In this document: positions 56,430 through 64,000 of the stretch, in pieces
Position numbering within the stretch: position 1 is the stretch's first letter
Layout: the number at the start of each line of letters is the position of its first letter
Assembly (NCBI RefSeq): GCF_009914755.1
Contig: NC_060930.1
Direction: 5' to 3' (one strand)
DNA from: the human T2T-CHM13v2.0 reference genome, Homo sapiens
Length of the DNA stretch: 64,000 bases
Notes under the pieces: model-generated
The model's database searches: none
What the model was told of the DNA's origin: nothing
The model's input: the letters and a program-made list of their open reading frames with translations, nothing else
Translations under genes and position numbers: made by a program

Positions 56430-57300
56430 GCACCTCTAGCGTACTGTATATTAATAGAATATTGATATAGCAAAAGTACTGTATGGGATTTATCATTTGG
56501 TAAATCCTCCACCATCTGCAGTTTTACAGAGCCATTTAATTAGCAATTTTACAACCTCCACTCCTCTCATTAAATTAATTAATAATTAAGTTCAAATATA
56601 GGCATCTTTAATGTCATAATTATATTTCAGTTTTATGGTCACTGGAGTTTAGCTCATTAGGGTAGGCACTCATAAACCATAACCCTGCTTAGTGGCTGAA
56701 GCAGGTCCATGTCACTGGGCTGATTCCAGTTGATATTTTAATTTCTCTTTCTTTAGTAACAGCTGCCATTTTGTAGAGAGAAATTTCAGTCTTTGTCCTC
56801 TGTGAGCATAAAATAACAATCAAAGTAACAACATCAACAAATGCAATACAAAACATGTATCATGTGATTCTCAGAGTCTCATTGACTTTTATGATGTCTC
56901 CCTGGAATATTTTTGTAACATTAGCCCTCACTATGTTTTCTGATTGGATAAATTCTCCCACCTTTACACTTGGCATTAAGCACAAAGTAACCATGTCAAA
57001 GACTGGTGAATGATGTAGTCTCATTGACTTTATGATTTACTAAGTCAGTAATGGCATTTCACACAATATGGTAAGCTGTACATTACTTCAGATGGAGTGG
57101 ATTTATTTCAGTCATTATCACTGATTAAACCCGCTTAGTTGAAGAGGCAAAACAAAACTTGCCTTTGAAATTGTTCTTATTTAATTTTGTTCGCCTTCAC
57201 ATAACCCAGGACAGTGCTAATTATTCCTCGATGGAGCTCATATTTCTAATGTAATTCATATGTAAATTCTAATTTAATTCATATGGGAATGTTTGTGTTA
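56430..57300. promoter_or_regulatory. Candidate developmental enhancer (repeat-free, homeodomain-motif dense)
   Basis: Clustered TAATTA, CTCATTA, TTTATGG/TTTATGA and CATAAA; internal direct repeats. Confidence 0.45.
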
Positions 57301-58156
57301 CTTGTCTCCTCTCAGGCAAGAACACAAACACAGAATTAAAGCTGTTTGGAAATAAAAACTTTATGTTCCCTTTTTTGACCTGGCTTTGATTTGCTTCGCT
57401 TTTTTGTTCCTATAACAAAGCTTAATCACTTTTGAAAGTTAAGATTCTAAACTATAGTTTAGGGAATAAAAACTATCTTTACACCTTTAAACAATTTGCA
57501 GATATTTTGAAGGTGCAAATTGCATTTTCACATGCTAGCAAAAGTTGTATCATTTAAGCCTTTACTCAGGTTTTCTCTGGTAAAAGATATTGTTCAGAAT
57601 CTTGAGAACTCTAAAATCACAGTCTTCGTAAACTCTATTAAGGGAAAATATACTAATTTTTCTGCTATTTTGCTGACAACAGGCTGTGATGAAGATGAAG
57701 TAAGATGGAACAGATCTCAAATTAAAGATGGTCTTTTAAAAACAGTTGCGGGCTGTTATGAGCAAATACGGTATTGTAACTGACATCTTTGAAGATTCAT
57801 GATCTAAGCCACATTATGTTTTTTAAAAACGCATCAGGCTAAACCAGTTATGTATGCCAAAAATATTACATTGGTACAAGGTCAAGACCAGGTGGAAAAA
57901 ACTGTAGGGTGTTCTACCTAAAATCCACAGTAAACTACTAGTGTAGGGTAAGGCAAAGAAAAGAGGCACAGGTAACAGGCACTTCTTAAGAGACTGAGAA
58001 ACTAAAAGTAGCAAAGGATTGGGAATGATGGTGAGGTTGAGCGCAGAGCTGGTGAGAAGTTCACAGTCACTTCGCCTGTCGTCTAGGGCTGCTCCAAAAC
58101 CAGAGAGACTCACAGAGGACCTTTGCAGTTTGCCAATCTGGCTTTTGTTCTGCTAG

Positions 58157-58207
58157 ATGTGTGTGTGCATGTGTGGGTGTGGGTGTGGGTGTGTTTGTGT
58201 GTGTGTG
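58157..58207. repeat. (TG)n/(GTGTGG)n microsatellite
   Basis: Read directly from the sequence. Confidence 0.9.
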
Positions 58208-59782
58208 CTTGTCTCACTCTCAGTGATATTGAATTATGCCTTATGCCTGAGAAATATTTCTATCTTGTATTTAACACCAAATTTTCAAACTTAAGGGTAA
58301 TTCACCAATACCATCAAGGAAAAACAAGTAAATATTTAAGATGAAGAACCCAAGATGAAAAAAAAAGTTAAATCACAATTAGATCTGTTCTCTGCCTTAA
58401 TCATGTCGCCCTGGACTCCTTTTTAAGGTGAAAAAAAGTTGATTTGTTTTTCTTTGTTATCTCTTATCACTCATCCATTAGATATTGCTTTGTAAAATAT
58501 AAGCTCAAGGAAGCTGTGATGTCTCAGCTAAGTATGAATTACAAATGTAGAATGGCCATAGACAAATACTATAATGACTTGTTTGCATTTTGGTAACTGA
58601 TCAGATTTGCACTGCAGTCAGAAAGGACCTTTCCAGTCATACCATCCTTACATGGCTGACTTTGTAATATCTAGGACATAATTACACTGGCATTAAATAT
58701 GCACACACACATACACACACATCATGCCAACATTAGAGCTGTCCGAAACTATTTTCAATAATTGATTTGCCGTTTAATTGAACAGCATGACTGACTAACA
58801 TAGCTCATTACTTTACTCATTAGTTAATTATCGAAGAAAGTAGGACAAGTCAATAAAATGGAAGGCTGTAAATTCCAATACTAATTAGCACCATTTCCTT
58901 AGAGACATATTTAAGGGCAGACTGGCTACCTGAATGTCCTAGGACCTTGTGGATGAAGGAGAAGGATAGATGCATCATGAATCTAGATTACAGGAAAGGA
59001 AGAGGAGTAGGCAGTAAGTAGACATATGGATGTACTTAGCTACTGCTCCCTCCACTGTTTGAACTGAAACACATAACTGGGTAGGAAATAACCATGAGGA
59101 GAAAGGAAGATCATTCATTTAGTATCCTTTGAAAACAGCATGCAAAACAAACTTGCCTTACTTCTTTTAAAATCTTGTTTGCCACTGTGGTTTCCCCATC
59201 CAGTTTACGGACATTATTACAGTAAATGGCATTTATTTGTAGATTTTTATAAGTGGATTCCATCTTCAGTATAATTCTAGGAGAGGAAGAAGTGCTCTTC
59301 CAAGCTAGCAAATGGTTCTTTTGACTTATAAGGAAAAGACAGCATAGCCATTTATGCTTTTTCAATCCACATTAACCTCATATGACCAAGAGTTATAACT
59401 ATGTATTCATCATCCAATAACCCACACATATTTAGAATTTTATCTAACTTTCTCATTACACAGAAGTGGATTCAAAGCACCCCCACTTTGTGTCAGTGTT
59501 AGTTATATGCCTTTGGAAAAATCTTCCATCTATTGTAACTCAATATTTTCTTAGCTGTGTAGTGGGGACAATATCACCTATATTTCACAGCTGTTGAGAA
59601 GCTAGAAAAAACTAATGCTTGGTTTGTTCTTGATCAGTGTCTGCCACAGTGCCTAGCACAGTTCTTACTCCTTCCTAGAAAAAAATACCTAGCCATCTTA
59701 TCTGAGGCTATCAAATGGCTGAGAACAATTGCAACACAGTCACGATAGAGTACCCTTTGCAAAGCAAGGGATTCTGGCCATG

Positions 59783-60154
59783 TGTATTAGTCAGTTCTCA
59801 TGCTGCTATGAAGAAATATCCGAGGTTGGGTAATTTATAAAGGAAAGAGGTGTAATTCATTCACAGTTCCACAGGGCTGGGGAGGCCTCAGGAAACTTAT
59901 AATCATGGCAGAAAGGGAAGCAAACACATCCTTCTTCACATGGCAGCAGGAGACAGAAGGCTGAACAAAGGGGAAAATCCCTTTATAAAACCATCAGATC
60001 TCATGAGAATTCACTCACTATCATGAGAGCAGCATGGGGGTAACTGCCCCCAAGATCCAATTACTTCCCACTGCCTCCCTCCCATGACATGCGGGGATTA
60101 TAGGAACTACAATCCAAAATGAGATTTGGGTGGGGACACAGTCAAACCGTATCA
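59783..60154 (-). mobile_element. THE1 (C/D-like) solo LTR
   Basis: TGTATTAGTCAGTTCTCATGCTGCTATGAAG...CAAACCGTATCA; perfect TSD CCATG at 59778-59782 and 60155-60159. Confidence 0.93.
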
Positions 60155-61209
60155 CCATGGGAATTTTTTTAAATGATTGCAGCTTATAAGCCTGGTTATG
60201 ATTGCTTTGGGTGCAATGATGACACGCTGTGAACTGTGCCCAAAGTAAGCCCGGTCGGTGAGGAAGGGTTATCCTCTGCCTGGCCACTGTGGAGACATTC
60301 ACATTTCAGTAAGAGATGGCCAATTAATCTTGCATTAACCTTAATCACTTTTGCCTTCAGTCTCCCAAAAGTTGCTCATTTTGTTTGTGTTGTGGTGGGA
60401 CCAGACCTAATAGGTGCTCACTTTCACACTGATTTCATGCTTATTTAATGCAGCTATAAAAGAAGAAATTTCAGCATTTGTATAGTCTGTGAAATTCTCC
60501 CCAAATACGAACAAATGCACATTCACAGAGTAGATGCAGCTATTATTAATCTTTTCTAAAAAATAAATAATTGACTTGGGTGGAGATACTCAAAGGTATA
60601 TAGTTAGTTAAAGGTTAAACTATGATTGAATTTTTCCTTTCTCAATTTTCATCATTCTTTTCATAATCATGGGTTATAGTCATATTACATTATATCTAGA
60701 AGGACATCTAAGATTGTCAAGTCCAACTCTCTTGGTTCAGAAAAGGAAATGCAGCCTCTGAGAGGTGATGGAAGTATTGCAGACTTTAAGGCTAGATGTT
60801 TTCAGAGATTGGTCTGGATCCTGGATCTCTTTATCCTATATTCCAATGCCTCTTTCCCAGTCCACATCCTCTTCCTCTAGGGATTCACTTTAATTTCAAT
60901 CTATTATTTTTTCTTGTTTTCTGTACCCCGCTCCATCTCTTTCACAGCTCTACAGAAGGCTTGCACTCAGTTTTTCAAGGCAGTGCTCAATCTAAGAGTG
61001 GGAAGGAGAAGTCTTTGTCTCTTAAGTAAAAAGCTGCAGGTTTTTAGAACTTGTCTCTATGGATTTATAACAGCTTACTTCAGGGTGAATATTGGTGTTC
61101 ATGAATCAGGCCTTCCAGCTTGTACAAGGGTATACAATGGGTGAGAAAAGTTGAAGGAAAGCTTGTAAGATTTTCCTCTATTTGTAAACCTACACATACG
61201 TGCTCTTCT

Positions 61210-61690
61210 TTACCCCTGTGCTAGGTTTCTAGCCTTGTATCTGTGTCCTTTGTCCCTCTAGCTTCTTGCACTCTTAAAATGTCAAATTCCTCACATTCAC
61301 AAATGCCCCATGTGCTTTTGTTTCTCCAGTGCCTGTGTTCATTCCAGTCCCTCCACCTGAAATGTACTCTCCTTCTGTCTCTGCTGGCCAAAACCCCAAT
61401 CAACAGGATGAGGCAAACCAGGCACACCACCTCGACAAGGAAGTCCTTCGGCACTCTCTAGAAAAAAATCAGTGAATCAGTTCTTGATCTCATAAAGCAT
61501 TTTGTTGATATTGAAGTCCACATTCCAGATTACTTCAGTTGGCCTTCTTCCCTGCCAGATCTCATGATCCCTGTAGGCATCTTATTCTTTAAGTAGGTAA
61601 TCTAGCACAGAACCTGGTACAGAATTTGATAATTGATGACAAATATTACTTGAATGAATGATTGCATAAATGAATAAAAGATGAGTGAAA
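61210..61690 (+). mobile_element. L2 3' region
   Basis: TCTAGCACAGAACCTGGTACAG...AAATATTACTTGAATGAATGA tail. Confidence 0.6.
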
Positions 61691-62867
61691 TGGAGTTGAG
61701 CGGGTATTTTAAAAATTTTCGCTTTTTCAAAACTATAGTAGTTACACTCCATAGTAAGGTAGCTATGGATTTTATCATTTTTAGAGACATTTTCTTGAAG
61801 ATTACATCTAAATATATGGAAATACAATTTTTTAGTGTGTACTATAAAATATCTTGATTACAATTTTCTAAGATTTTTATTAAAAACAAATTAAAGCAGC
61901 AACTTTTTAAATCTATTTGTAATAAACTCAAATTTAAATATAAAGGGAAATCACATCTTATTTTTCTTTGACGTATTATAGTTATGTTTGGCATTATTCT
62001 CAAAACCACAAGCAATGGTTTCTTTTTCCAAACATGTTTTAGAAGTACAGTATTAAGCCAAGCTCTTCTAAGGATTATGCAGGGAGTTTTATCAGCCTTT
62101 TTGAGAATCAGGCCTCAGGTACTAATAAATGAGGCTGGGAATTAAAGGGGAGAATGTGGTGGGATGGTTTAATGAAAAGCTCTGGTTAAAATGGTTAAAA
62201 AAGAACCCAAAAAACAAAACTCTAATGATTTTAGTAAAAGCATTTAAAAATAATTACACACACTTGTATGCACATTTAGAAATCATGTTTCAGAAGAAAA
62301 TGATTAAATGACCCATATCAAATATAATCAACCTGGGAGAAGCTAAAGCGAACTACATTTTTACTTTCAAATGCTCCTTTTAACGCATGAATGCAACCGC
62401 AAGGTACCTTAGTATTTGGAAAACAACCACCAAGAGAAGAAGCAAGAAATTTCAAAGTTTAAGTTCTTGGCTCACGTGAATTGGCACTGTAAATGTGACA
62501 AAGTTATCTATATTCATTGGAAATCTCTTTATGTGGAAAAACTATGTAATGACACATTACACAGGGAACTAGAAACACAAATGATTAATGAAATAAATGC
62601 TGACAAAAATATAAATCTAAAATTAAAGGCTTTTTATTAAAATTATTTTCAAAGCTACATAAAGCAACTGATTTAAAAGTGAAAAATATATTATCCAATT
62701 GATGTCATGATATAATTATTTGCTATTTACTTCCATTCAATTAACTAAATTTAAGTGTTTTAGCAGATAACTTATGGATTTAATAGGAAAAATAGTTTAC
62801 CTCAAATAAGATAATTTATAATAGAGTGATATTTAAAACATTTAAAAGCATAAAGAGGGTCCATTAG

Positions 62868-63396
<529 letters not shown>

Positions 63397-63859
63397 CTGA
63401 AAATATTCCTATAGTAGAAAAATTGGAAATTCAAGATAAAGATAAATGTGTGGTCTATACAGAATTTTTCTAAATAATTGGCTAACATTTTCAAACAACT
63501 TGTGTTAATTGTTCAGCTTTCCTATATATATAAATTTGACTTTGTGAATTTTAAACTTACTTAAGAAAATAAAAATTGTTTTCATAATGTGTCTTTTACT
63601 GCAATTTCTATAAAAATGTGCAATTTTTTAAAAATATAAAAGACTCCTTAGTGAGCATAAATAATTTTATTTGGAACATATTTTCAGAGCTTCACATGCA
63701 ATAAAATATGTTTATTAGGTCTAAATGCCTTCTTTTCTTCCATATTTTTCACTAAATTCTTTGTCATCTGAACAAACTTTCGCTCTTTCATTTGATTATC
63801 ACAACTCACATTTTCCAAGCAGAGGTGAGGTCACAGGTATGAAAACACTTCACGCTGAT

Positions 63860-64000
63860 TTTTTAAAATTTGTTATTGTGAGAAAGTATATATAACATAA
63901 AATTTCCCATTTTAACCATTTCAAGTGTATAATTCAGTGTCATTAATTATACATTGTTGTGCAATCATCACCATTATCCATTTCCAGAACTTTTTCATTA
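63860..64000 (-). mobile_element. L1MB-like 3' end (runs off the window)
   Basis: ATATAACATAAAATTTCCCATTTTAACCATTTCAAGTGTATAATTCAGTG...CCATTTCCAGAACTTTTTCAT. Confidence 0.85.

Noticed and set aside
56428-56443. Second CTCF-like motif (ACGCTAGAGGTGCTG on the - strand)
   Set aside because: Mismatches at key positions; too weak without ChIP data.

Overview
This is primate, human-like genomic DNA. It is AT-rich and contains no recognisable protein-coding gene, RNA gene or prokaryotic-type system. All supplied ORFs look like chance ORFs or translations of repeats. Much of the window is interspersed repeat: 11 Alu loci (one a 1.5-mer), decayed L1, L2 and MIR, MaLR/ERVL/ERV1 LTRs with several verifiable target-site duplications (TSDs) and nestings, a decayed ERVL/MaLR pol remnant, and hAT MITEs. 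Repeat subfamily names come from my recall of consensus sequences, not from a RepeatMasker run. The signal that repeats do not explain is regulatory. There is one small orphan CpG island (~29.6-30.2 kb) with GC boxes, a G4-capable tract and a good splice donor, next to a homeodomain/ONECUT-motif-rich block. Other repeat-poor, homeodomain-motif-dense blocks lie at ~39.1-39.9 kb and ~56.4-58.9 kb and share a TAATGAG motif. There is also a strong CTCF motif, two Sox-Oct composite sites and several well-formed but mostly non-coding exon candidates, including a 38-nt exon preceded by two UGCAUG motifs. My best hypothesis is a gene-desert or intronic enhancer archipelago anchored by an orphan CpG island, possibly with a spliced lncRNA. 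This is inference. I cannot place the locus and I see no clearly novel biological system.
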